Of a DNA stretch of 64,000 nucleotides, positions 47,448 to 55,768 are shown in pieces. Origin of the DNA: Candidatus Xenobia bacterium (GTDB lineage: Bacteria > Vulcanimicrobiota > Xenobia > Xenobiales > QWHO01); assembly GCA_045863235.1 (NCBI GenBank), contig BTUM01000004.1:96001-160000 (forward strand). The letters are read 5' to 3'. The notes beneath the pieces are model-generated. The model ran no database searches, had not been told where the DNA came from, and saw only the letters and a program-made list of their open reading frames with translations. The position numbers and the translations under genes were made by a program. How positions within the stretch are numbered: the first letter of the stretch is position 1; every line of letters begins with the position of its first letter.

Positions 47448-48639
47448 CCCCGGGCACCTGTTCGCGTGACAGGAGGCCATAGCCCAGTGCAGCCACGCCC
47501 AGCGTGGCGCAGCCCAGCCCCAGCAGCATGGCGCGGGGGCCGACCAGGCCCACCAGGGGAGAGGCCAGCGTCACCCCGAGCGGTGCCGCCAGGCCCACCA
47601 TGGCGAACAGGCTGGAGAAGACGCGACCGTGCATCTGCGGGGGAGTCGTGCGCTGCACCAGGGTGATCACCACGGCGTTGCCGGGCGCGACCCCGAAGCC
47701 CGCCAGCGCAGCCAGCAGCACGCTCACGGGCAGGTTGGGGGCAACCGACATCAGGGCGAAGGCCGCTCCCAGGAGGCCCATGCCGGCGTAGATCACAGTG
47801 GCCGGTCGCAGCCGGCGAGCCAGGGGAGCGGCGGCCAGAGAGCCCAGCACCATGCCGGCGCCCACTCCGCCCATGAGCCAGCCGAAGCCCTGCGGGCCGG
47901 CCCTCAACGCGCGCTCGGAGAAGACAGGGAAGAGCACCGCAAAGGGCATGGCCAGGAAATTCCCCGCCATGGCGGTCAGAAAGACCAGCCTCAAGAAGCG
48001 GCTGCGCAAGAGGTAGCTCAGTCCCTCGCGGGCCTCGGCCAACAGCTTTCGAAGCGTCAGGGGAGAGGTAGCTCCCGGCTCGGGCCGCCCGCGCATGAAG
48101 GCCAGAGCCAGGGCCGAGACGACGAAGGAGGCGGCGTCGATGTAGAGGACGTGTACGGGGCTGCTCAACCAGGCCACCAGCAGTCCGGCCAGCACCGGCC
48201 CGAACAGGGAAGCCGCCTGGGCGGTCATCTCGGCGTAGGCGTTGGCCTCGGTCAGGTCGTCCTCCTCCACCAGCCGGGGGATGAGCGATTTCTCGGCCGA
48301 GTAGAACATCAGGCTGAGGCTGGAGACCAGGAAGGTCACGGGAAAGATGATCCAGGTCTGAGCGGTCAGGGGGATGAGCAGCACGAGCAGCCCGCGCAGC
48401 AGGTCCACTGCGATCATCAAGGCCCGGCGCGGGAAGCGGTCGACCACCACTCCGGCCCACCACCCGAAGAGCGCGTTGGGAAGGATCTGGGCCAGGAAGA
48501 CTCCCCCGGTAAGAGTGGTGGAGCCGGTGGTGGTCAGCACCAGCCAGGCCAGAGCCACGTAGTTGAGCTGGTTGCCGAGCTGGGAGACCAGCTGGCCGAT
48601 CCACAAAAGACCGAAATCGCGCCGCCGCAGCAGGATCAT
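47422..48639 (-). CDS. MFS efflux transporter (DHA3/Mef-like)
   Basis: FGLLWIGQLVSQLG, GVVVDRFPRR, IDAASF, QRTTPPQMHGRV. Confidence 0.92.
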   Translation of the reverse strand: MILLRRRDFGLLWIGQLVSQLGNQLNYVALAWLVLTTTGSTTLTGGVFLAQILPNALFGWWAGVVVDRFPRRALMIAVDLLRGLLVLLIPLTAQTWIIFPVTFLVSSLSLMFYSAEKSLIPRLVEEDDLTEANAYAEMTAQAASLFGPVLAGLLVAWLSSPVHVLYIDAASFVVSALALAFMRGRPEPGATSPLTLRKLLAEAREGLSYLLRSRFLRLVFLTAMAGNFLAMPFAVLFPVFSERALRAGPQGFGWLMGGVGAGMVLGSLAAAPLARRLRPATVIYAGMGLLGAAFALMSVAPNLPVSVLLAALAGFGVAPGNAVVITLVQRTTPPQMHGRVFSSLFAMVGLAAPLGVTLASPLVGLVGPRAMLLGLGCATLGVAALGYGLLSREQVPGVRREPGWP

Positions 48640-49766
48640 GGCGAGTGACGGGCGGCGGTGGCGATGAGCTCGGGCCAGCGCGAGAGCAGCTCGAGATGGC
48701 GCGCAGCGCCCTCATCCACGGCCGCCAGGCAGTCCTCTTTCTCCGACTCGATACGGGCCGCCAGGTCGCGCTCGGGGTAGAGCCGGGACAAGAAGGCCGC
48801 GAATCGCTCTTGCAGCTCGAGACGGGGGGCGCGGTCCTCTGCCCGGGGCGCGCTGCCAACCAGGCGGGCCAGCTCCTCGGGACCTTGTGGGCGCTCCTGG
48901 CGCACAGCCTGGAACACAGGCGCGTAGAGGGCGTTGTAGTCGATGGCCCGGGCCAGGCGCCACCAGTAGACGCTGTCGTCGCGGCCAGGGGGATGGCGGT
49001 GCTCGAGCACGCGTCCGTGGGCCCCCAGCGCCCAGCCGGCGCCCAGGGCCAGGGCCACGGGAAGGTTGTCCACGTCGGGGGTCTCCTCGGCCGGGGCCAC
49101 CGGGAGGTGGCGAAACAGTCCCCGGTCGGTGCAAAGCCCGGGGTAAACGCTCTGGCCGGGAGCCACCCGAGCCCAGTCCTCCATGCGCGCGGGAGGTGGA
49201 TGCTTGAGCGCTGCCTTGACGGCCGGGTCGGCGAAATCAAGCTCCAGGCCCAGCAAGCGGCCGAGCTCGGCCATCAGCTCGCTCCCCCCGGTCCGATAGA
49301 TGCGGTCTACATCGCAATCACAGTCGCCAAAGTGGACCGTGCCGGCCAGATAGGGAGCCTCGGGACCGGTCAGCAAGGCGACCTCTCGCTCCACCGGGAA
49401 CCACCAGCCACCCTCGGCCCGAGCCACCAGCAGCTCGTCGGCATCGCGCCGGCTGAGAGTGGTGGCTCCCAGAGCCGCCCCCACCAGGGCCACCAGGTTG
49501 GCCACCTTGCCGTAGTTGGCCACGGGCCCGGGCTGCAGGCTGGCCGAAAGCGACCCGCCCACCGCCAGGCAGAAATCGAGCAGCCAGGGCAGGGTCAGAT
49601 GGCGGGCTCGAGGCAGTTCCCCCACCCGGGCCGCGTTGGGCTCCGGATCGGGGCTGCTGTCGAGCAGCACGAAGGTCAGCTCGGGAAAAGCCTCAAGCTC
49701 GGCCGACAGGGGCTCGAGCGGGCTCTCCCAGGCCCGGTTGGTGGGCACCACCAGAATGTGGCTCAT
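48636..49766 (-). CDS. DUF6271-like protein (possible GT-A/nucleotidyl-transfer fold)
   Basis: VVPTNR, NYGKVANL...ALGATTLSRRDAD resemble the PTNR/YG..N/RRDxD motifs I recall for that family; ATGA overlaps on both sides. Confidence 0.6.
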   Translation of the reverse strand: MSHILVVPTNRAWESPLEPLSAELEAFPELTFVLLDSSPDPEPNAARVGELPRARHLTLPWLLDFCLAVGGSLSASLQPGPVANYGKVANLVALVGAALGATTLSRRDADELLVARAEGGWWFPVEREVALLTGPEAPYLAGTVHFGDCDCDVDRIYRTGGSELMAELGRLLGLELDFADPAVKAALKHPPPARMEDWARVAPGQSVYPGLCTDRGLFRHLPVAPAEETPDVDNLPVALALGAGWALGAHGRVLEHRHPPGRDDSVYWWRLARAIDYNALYAPVFQAVRQERPQGPEELARLVGSAPRAEDRAPRLELQERFAAFLSRLYPERDLAARIESEKEDCLAAVDEGAARHLELLSRWPELIATAARHSP

Positions 49767-51160
49767 CCTCGCCGATCCTCCAGCACGAAATCGAGCAGCT
49801 CCTGGCCCCAGGGAGAGGCGACCTGAATCAGATCGGCTCTCACAGGCTCTCCCAGTCGCTGCATCCGCAAGAGATCCCCCTGGCCGCCCAGCCCCGGGAA
49901 GAAGCCGCAGTATCCGAACCCTCGCTCGCGCAAGAGGTCGATCACCGTGTCGGTGTGGGGGTCGGCCAGCTCCAGGTCGACGAGTTGCACGGGAGCCTGA
50001 ATCTCGTTGAGGCAGCGCCCCAGCTCGCGCGGGGTGTTGCGGCCCACCCGCTCGACGTGGAACAGAGCCCGGCGTGAGGCGGCCTGCAACCCCCAGGTCA
50101 GGGCTCCCTGGAGTGGAGGCCGGTTGGAGGCAGGCTCGTGCAGGCGACGCTGCAGGCCCAGCTTCTCCATGGTGCGGGTCAAAATGGCGGCGTAGCCTGG
50201 TGGAAGGTGCAGCCGGCTCTCCTTCTCGGGCGTCAGCGAGCGCACCGCGATCATCAGGCTGCTGGGCTCGGGATGGGTCTCCTCGGGCCCTACCGCCCCC
50301 AGCATCAGCGCGCTCTCGCAAAAGCCAAGATCGAGCACCACCTTCTGGGCGAAGAGGTGGCTGGTCACCGGATCGGCATAGAGCTTTCGCAACTGCCGCA
50401 GCCTGGCTTGCTCCACCAGGAAGCTGACCAGCTGGCGCAAGAGGCCCTGACCTCGGTAACGGGGCACCACCGCTCCCTGGCCCATTTCGTAGATGGGGCG
50501 ATCGTCGAGCATGCGGACCAGGGCGGTATGGCCCACCACCTCCCCCGAGTCGGTCACGGCCACGGCCGAGATCAAGCGGCCCTGGCGGTTCATCTCGCGC
50601 ACCCACTCGGGGCGGTAGACGTTCTCATAGCCGGTATAGCTGTAACCATAGGCCTGGTAGAGACAGCGCGAGACTCCCACCGCCTCTTCGGGCTGCACCA
50701 GCCGCACGGTGACCGGCTCGAGTGGCTCCTCGGAGACTTTCTCTTGCTTGCGCACCCGGCTGCTGAAGCGAGCCTTGAGTCGCTTCACCAGGACGATCTC
50801 GTTGCCCTGACGACCCCGGTTGATGAGCCGCACCTCGTCCATCAGGGCCCGCATGATGACCAGCCCCAGCGTGCGCGGATCGGGTCCCGGCTCGAGGCGC
50901 GAAAGCTCGTCCGAGTCCACCGGCAGATTGCGGTCGGTCAGGCGAATGCTGAGTCCATGCCCCCCCAGCTCGAACTTGATGGTGAAGGTCTGCTCGGGGT
51001 CGAGAGCGCGCTGCACCACGAAAGAGCATGCCTCGTCCACGGCCGCCCGGATGGCCTGGCTCTCGGCCGCGGCAAAGCCCGAGCGCTCGGCGAGCTCGGC
51101 TGCGAAGGCGGCTGCGGCGCCCACGTAGAGGGGATGGGAAGGAAGCTCGAGGCGGCTCAC
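49763..51160 (-). CDS. RsbW-like HATPase domain fused to GNAT acyltransferase
   Basis: AVDEACSFVV...LGLVIMRALMDEV; AYGYSY; VVPRYRGQGL acyl-CoA motif A. Confidence 0.85.
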   Translation of the reverse strand: MSRLELPSHPLYVGAAAAFAAELAERSGFAAAESQAIRAAVDEACSFVVQRALDPEQTFTIKFELGGHGLSIRLTDRNLPVDSDELSRLEPGPDPRTLGLVIMRALMDEVRLINRGRQGNEIVLVKRLKARFSSRVRKQEKVSEEPLEPVTVRLVQPEEAVGVSRCLYQAYGYSYTGYENVYRPEWVREMNRQGRLISAVAVTDSGEVVGHTALVRMLDDRPIYEMGQGAVVPRYRGQGLLRQLVSFLVEQARLRQLRKLYADPVTSHLFAQKVVLDLGFCESALMLGAVGPEETHPEPSSLMIAVRSLTPEKESRLHLPPGYAAILTRTMEKLGLQRRLHEPASNRPPLQGALTWGLQAASRRALFHVERVGRNTPRELGRCLNEIQAPVQLVDLELADPHTDTVIDLLRERGFGYCGFFPGLGGQGDLLRMQRLGEPVRADLIQVASPWGQELLDFVLEDRRG

Positions 51161-52416
51161 AGGCTCTCGTCTCGCACCCGGCGCAGCTTGCCGCTGTGAG
51201 CCCGACGCTCGAGCCGATCCACGCGCTCCACCCGGACCGGGTGGGTATAGCCCTGGCGCACGTGCTCGGCCAGGTTGGGCTTGCGCTGCAAGAGCAAGGC
51301 CACCACCTGCTCTTCGCTCACGGGCTGCTCCACCTGGATCAAGAGCAGATCCCGGCCCTCAGGGCGGCGCTTGATCATCGTGAAGCTGGCCACACCTCCC
51401 AGGGCCATCCGCACGTCTTCCCAGGTCACATTCTCGTAGCCGATGCGCAGCACGTCGTCGCCCCGCCCGAGCAGCTCGAATCGAGGCGAGGCCCGACCGC
51501 AGGGGCAGTCCCCGGCCACCCAGCGTCCCAGATCGCCTACCCGGTATCGAATGACCGGCATCAGCAACCGCTCGAGGTTGGTGACCACCAGGTGCCCGGT
51601 CACTCCCGGCTCGCGAATGGGCCGGTCCTCCTCGTCCACCAGCTCCACGATCACCACCCCACCCAGCGCGTGGTGCACCCCCCCCTGGCACGAGGGGCAC
51701 TGATAGCCGATCATCCCCACGTCCACGGCTCCGTAGCCGGCCGTGGCCACCACCTCCAGGCCCAGCCCATCCACCAGCTTCCGGCGATCTTCCGGGAAGA
51801 GGTGCTCGGCGGCATAAAAGAGCTTGTTGACGCGGGTTCGGCCGCTGGCCATCAAGGCCTCTCCCAGGGCCACCATCTGGGTGGCCAGGCCCATCACCAC
51901 GTTGATGGAGAAGGGCTCGAGGCAGGCCAGCACCTGCTCACGGGGGGCGTGAAAGGTGAAGGGGAACGAGGTCGCTCCCACCTCCTCCAGACCGCGATGG
52001 ATGGTCAAGAAACTGGCGTAGAGCTCGCCCACGGCGAACATGTTGGCGCAGCGGTCCTGGGGACGAAGCCCCGGAGCCCACAGCGTGCGGCCGGTACTGC
52101 GCGACAAACGCCGATAGTCGGCGTGGCTGTAAAGGCTGTACTTCGGTTTGCCGGTGGTGCCCCCGCTCTGGAAGACAACCGCGCGCTCCAGGGGACCGGT
52201 CAGCAGGGCTCGAGAGCGGGGCGGGCCGTGCTCCACCAGGTCCTGGCGGGTGAGGAAGGGCAGCTCCTCCAGGCGACCACTGAGGCGCTCGCGAAAGAAG
52301 CTCGCCCGCCGGGCTCGCTGCAAGAGCTGCCGAAGTCGCGCGGACTCCAGTGCCCCGAGCTGGTCAGCCGAAAGGCCATCCAGCTGATCGAAAGGATGCT
52401 CGACCCGGGAAGACAT
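51157..52416 (-). CDS. PaaK/phenylacetate-CoA-ligase-like adenylate-forming enzyme
   Basis: QSGGTTGKPK, GYGAVD, MPVIRYRVGD, LGRGDD; paralog of the domain fused to LuxC. Confidence 0.9.
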   Translation of the reverse strand: MSSRVEHPFDQLDGLSADQLGALESARLRQLLQRARRASFFRERLSGRLEELPFLTRQDLVEHGPPRSRALLTGPLERAVVFQSGGTTGKPKYSLYSHADYRRLSRSTGRTLWAPGLRPQDRCANMFAVGELYASFLTIHRGLEEVGATSFPFTFHAPREQVLACLEPFSINVVMGLATQMVALGEALMASGRTRVNKLFYAAEHLFPEDRRKLVDGLGLEVVATAGYGAVDVGMIGYQCPSCQGGVHHALGGVVIVELVDEEDRPIREPGVTGHLVVTNLERLLMPVIRYRVGDLGRWVAGDCPCGRASPRFELLGRGDDVLRIGYENVTWEDVRMALGGVASFTMIKRRPEGRDLLLIQVEQPVSEEQVVALLLQRKPNLAEHVRQGYTHPVRVERVDRLERRAHSGKLRRVRDESL

Positions 52417-52538
52417 AGCCCGTAGCATACTCACATTCGGCCCTCTGGTCTATGATCGAGGACAGGGAGGGCCATGCAAAGATCTTGCTAAACTGCGCCG
52501 AGTACCTTTGGGGCATCCACTTCGCTCTGGAGGACCCC

Positions 52539-53558
52539 ATGCAGATCCCGCCCATCGAAACCCGGTGCAACCCGCTGGTCTGTTTCTTGCCCGCTCCGAT
52601 CCTGGGGCAGCCGTCCTCTGGAACCATTGCGGGGGACTTGAACGTGCTCAGCCCCGACGTCCTCCAGATGGGCAGCTTCCTCAACGCTCCCGGTGCCCTC
52701 CAGCCCGAGCCCCAGATGGGCGGTTTCCTCAACGCCCTGGCGGCCAACTATGCCCCTCCCCAGGCGCAGGTCATGGCCCTGATACAGGGATTGCTGGCCC
52801 TGTGCCAGCTCCTGGCTGGCTGGCAGGGCTTTGCCGGCGGAGCAACCCCGCCCGGGATCCTCCCATGGCCAACCGGAATGGGCAACGCATGGCCAACCGG
52901 GACGGCCAATGGCAACGTCAGCGCTGGGATCGTGCCGGTGCTTCCCTACGACGGACAGCCCACCGGCGGCGGCATGGACCCCGAGCGCATCCATATGACC
53001 CAGGTCTTCGACCGCAAATACAATCGTGGGGGCGCTCCTCGCAGCGCCGACTGCGGCCCGACCTCGCTGGCCATGGGGCTGGAAGCTCTGGGCTTGAATC
53101 CGCGCGGTTCGGTGCAAGACAAGATCGATGCTGCACGCCTGGCAATGTTTCGCGGGGCGGACGCCTCCAGGGACGGATTCGACGTGGCCGGCAACAAGAG
53201 CCAGGCTGAGCACGGAACCTCCACCAACATCAGCGACTGGCGCCGAGGCGCACGCGCCGCCGGAGCCCGCAGCCGGGACGTGCGCAGCGTGGCCGACGTG
53301 GCCCGCGAGGTAAGTCAGGGGCACCCGGTCATGCTGGCCGGTCGCAACGCGGGTAACATTTATGGCCGCGGACACGGGATCTCCTTCAACGGGGGCCACG
53401 CCATCCTGGTATCCGGCTACGACCGGGCCAGCGGCACGTTCATCCTCAACGATCCGCTCGCCCACGGGGGGCCCATCCGCGTCAATCGGGCCCAGCTGGC
53501 AGCTTTCCTCTGGGATGGTGACGGGGGAGGCGTGGACGGGATTGCCCTGATGCGCTGA
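52539..53558 (+). CDS. C39-like (papain-fold) peptidase with low-complexity N-terminus
   Basis: DCGPTSLAM, GHAILVSGYD, ILNDP; GGAGG RBS. Confidence 0.85.
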   Translation: MQIPPIETRCNPLVCFLPAPILGQPSSGTIAGDLNVLSPDVLQMGSFLNAPGALQPEPQMGGFLNALAANYAPPQAQVMALIQGLLALCQLLAGWQGFAGGATPPGILPWPTGMGNAWPTGTANGNVSAGIVPVLPYDGQPTGGGMDPERIHMTQVFDRKYNRGGAPRSADCGPTSLAMGLEALGLNPRGSVQDKIDAARLAMFRGADASRDGFDVAGNKSQAEHGTSTNISDWRRGARAAGARSRDVRSVADVAREVSQGHPVMLAGRNAGNIYGRGHGISFNGGHAILVSGYDRASGTFILNDPLAHGGPIRVNRAQLAAFLWDGDGGGVDGIALMR

Positions 53559-53582
53559 ACCTGGCCTCCTGGCAATCTGATG

Positions 53583-53620
53583 TTCGTTTCCGGGGAGCAC
53601 GTTTTTCCGGCGGAAACGAA
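53583..53620. other. 10-bp perfect inverted repeat TTCGTTTCCG/CGGAAACGAA
   Basis: Read directly in the intergenic region. Confidence 0.6.
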
Positions 53621-53655
53621 AACCTGCCGAACAAAGAAGAGAAAAGCCCACCAGG

Positions 53656-53699
53656 GCGTTCTGTGAAAACTTTCACGGAGGCGAAACTCCTGCCGAACA
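53656..53699 (+). repeat. Copy 2 of the dispersed element (contains TGTGA-N6-TCACG)
   Basis: Matches 40072-40114; degenerate tandem copy CGGAAACGAAAACCTGCCGAACA at 53611-53633. Confidence 0.9.
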
Positions 53700-53742
53700 C
53701 AAGGGGGCAGGAGTGTGCGTTCATGCCCGCGCAACCACCCGG

Positions 53743-54984
53743 ATGAAAAACTTCCTCTTGACCTGCTCGATGCTGCTCGCGATGGGATGCAGCGGTTCCG
53801 AAACCCTGACCGGCGGCCCGCCCGTAGTGGACAACCTGCCGCCCCAGGCCCTCCTCCCGCCGGCCGCCCCGCTCACCCTGGAGAGCAGGCCCAACCTGGG
53901 CCGCATGCCGGTTATCGCGGAGCTGGGGGAGATTCCACCCGCTCCCTTGCCTCCCAATGCTCCACCGCCGGCGGGAGCCACCTTCACCCCGCTGGGCACT
54001 CTCCGTGGAGGCGATTCCGAGGCCTACGCCATCTCGGCCGATGGCTCAACGCTGACGGGGGCGTCCATCGACCCGGCCGGAAATCGGGACGCGTTCGTCT
54101 GGACCAGGGCTTCCGGGATGCAGGCGCTGCCGAACTCGCCGCGCAAGCCACAGAGCGAAGGCCACGCACTCAACAGCAATGGCAGCAAGGTCGGTGGCCT
54201 GGGAATCCTGTTCGACATCCTGGCGGCTCAGACATGGACCGACCAGGGCGTCTTCACGCTGCCGGGGTCGGTAGCACCCAACCTGCCGCCCCAGGTCGTT
54301 TCCGACCTCTCGCTCGACGGCACCGTGGCCGTGGGAACCGCGGGTACGGGCTTCCTCGGCTATCAAGGCTTTCGCTGGATCCAGGGGGCCCCGCAGCCGC
54401 ACGGTCTGGGCACGCTGGGAGCCCCTCCCGGACAGCAGCCCGGCAGCGAGGGACACGGGAGTTCGGGCGACGGCTCCGTGATCACCGGCATTAGCACCAA
54501 CAAAGCCGGCGGGCTTTCGGCCTACCGCTGGGTGGCGGGCACCATGTCGGCGCTTCCGACGCTCGGAAACCTCGCCTTTAGCGATGGCTGGGAGGTGTCC
54601 GCTGACGGCAGCAGTATCGTGGGCTGGAGCTCCAATCAGCCCAATCTCGTCCCCGCCCAGGCCACGCTCTGGAATGCCAGCGGGGCGGTCTCGCTGGGCA
54701 CGCTCGCCGGCTTTGAGTTCAGCTCACAGGCCTACGGGGCCTCCTCCGATGGCTCGGTCGTCGTGGGCGCGGCCGCCAGTGGTCAGAATTTCCACTCCCA
54801 GGCCGCTTTCGTGTGGGACCAGGCCAACGGCATGCGGCGCCTGCAGGACCTGCTCGGCTCGGCGGTGCCCGCCGGGTGGAACTTGCTCGTCGCCACCGCC
54901 GTCTCAGACGACGGCCAGACTGTGGCCGGCTTCGGGCTCAACCCGCAGGGCGCGGTGGAGGCCTTCAGCGCTCAGTTGCCCTGA
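53743..54984 (+). CDS. Lipoprotein with HAF-family extracellular repeats
   Basis: Lipobox AMGC; repeated S-x-A-x-x-x-S-x-DG-x-x-x-x-G...AF-x-W...LG-TL units. Confidence 0.88.
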   Translation: MKNFLLTCSMLLAMGCSGSETLTGGPPVVDNLPPQALLPPAAPLTLESRPNLGRMPVIAELGEIPPAPLPPNAPPPAGATFTPLGTLRGGDSEAYAISADGSTLTGASIDPAGNRDAFVWTRASGMQALPNSPRKPQSEGHALNSNGSKVGGLGILFDILAAQTWTDQGVFTLPGSVAPNLPPQVVSDLSLDGTVAVGTAGTGFLGYQGFRWIQGAPQPHGLGTLGAPPGQQPGSEGHGSSGDGSVITGISTNKAGGLSAYRWVAGTMSALPTLGNLAFSDGWEVSADGSSIVGWSSNQPNLVPAQATLWNASGAVSLGTLAGFEFSSQAYGASSDGSVVVGAAASGQNFHSQAAFVWDQANGMRRLQDLLGSAVPAGWNLLVATAVSDDGQTVAGFGLNPQGAVEAFSAQLP

Positions 54985-54992
54985 GCACTCGG

Positions 54993-55412
54993 TCAGGCGG
55001 TCAGGAAGCGATAGGCCTTCAGATAGCGGCGCAGGCGCTCGACCGCCCTGTCGTCCAGCTCTTGCAGGCGGGTGAGGTCCATGTTGTCAAGCAGGTCAGC
55101 CAGCTTGACAGCCCGGGCTACCGGGTGGGCGGCGCAGCGGGCCACGAACTCCTCGTAGCTGTCGCTCTCGCGCCGGGTGACCAGTTCCACCGCCTCCAAC
55201 ACCGGGGTCGGAAAGCCCTCCTCGCGCAAACGCTCGAGAGTCCACTCCGAGTCCTCCACCACGTCGTGCAGGAGGGCGGCCATGCGCTCGTGCTCCGAGC
55301 GCACCCTGCCCATCACCCGGATGGGATGCAGCGCATAGGGCTGGCCGGTCTTGTCTTGTTGGGAGGCGTGGGCCTCGAGCATGATCTCCAGAGCACGTTG
55401 CACGGTAGCCAC
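54993..55412 (-). CDS. Stand-alone HD domain protein (RelA/SpoT hydrolase-like)
   Basis: AHASQQDKTGQPYALHP, ALLHDVVED, VKLADLLDN. Confidence 0.88.
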   Translation of the reverse strand: MATVQRALEIMLEAHASQQDKTGQPYALHPIRVMGRVRSEHERMAALLHDVVEDSEWTLERLREEGFPTPVLEAVELVTRRESDSYEEFVARCAAHPVARAVKLADLLDNMDLTRLQELDDRAVERLRRYLKAYRFLTA

Positions 55413-55444
55413 AGGGCCCGCTTCGGCGCATAGCGAACTTTGCC

Positions 55445-55657
55445 TTGTGCGGGGGGTGCTCACTGATCGTGCTGATTCTGGTGGCCGGAATGTGGACCCT
55501 CCTTGCGCCGGGCCTTCCCCTCCAGGTCGCCTGGACTTCGGCCGGCACCCACAGCGCCATCCTCTACTCGCTCGAGCCGACTCTGAATCCAGGCTGGCTC
55601 GGCGAGGGCGTGCTCAACGAGATTCTGATGCAGAAGAAGATCCCGCTTGCTCCCTGA
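55445..55657 (+). CDS. Possible small membrane protein
   Basis: 70-aa ORF with a hydrophobic stretch in a gap; weak support. Confidence 0.35.
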   Translation: MCGGCSLIVLILVAGMWTLLAPGLPLQVAWTSAGTHSAILYSLEPTLNPGWLGEGVLNEILMQKKIPLAP

Positions 55658-55768
55658 GCCAGGATCCCCACTCCCCACAGCAGGTCCCTGCGCGTTCCCT
55701 TTCATTCGCCGACCCGGAGAGGGAATCCCCATCCCGATGCCCAAAGAACCGGCCGGAGGACGCACGCC

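Noticed and set aside
40072..53699. CRISPR repeats
   Set aside because: Copies are kilobases apart, with no regular spacers and no cas genes.
55658..55768. Glycine or THF riboswitch upstream of the gcvT-like gene
   Set aside because: Only one hairpin (TTCCCTTTC/GAGAGGGAA); the conserved aptamer motifs are not recognisable.
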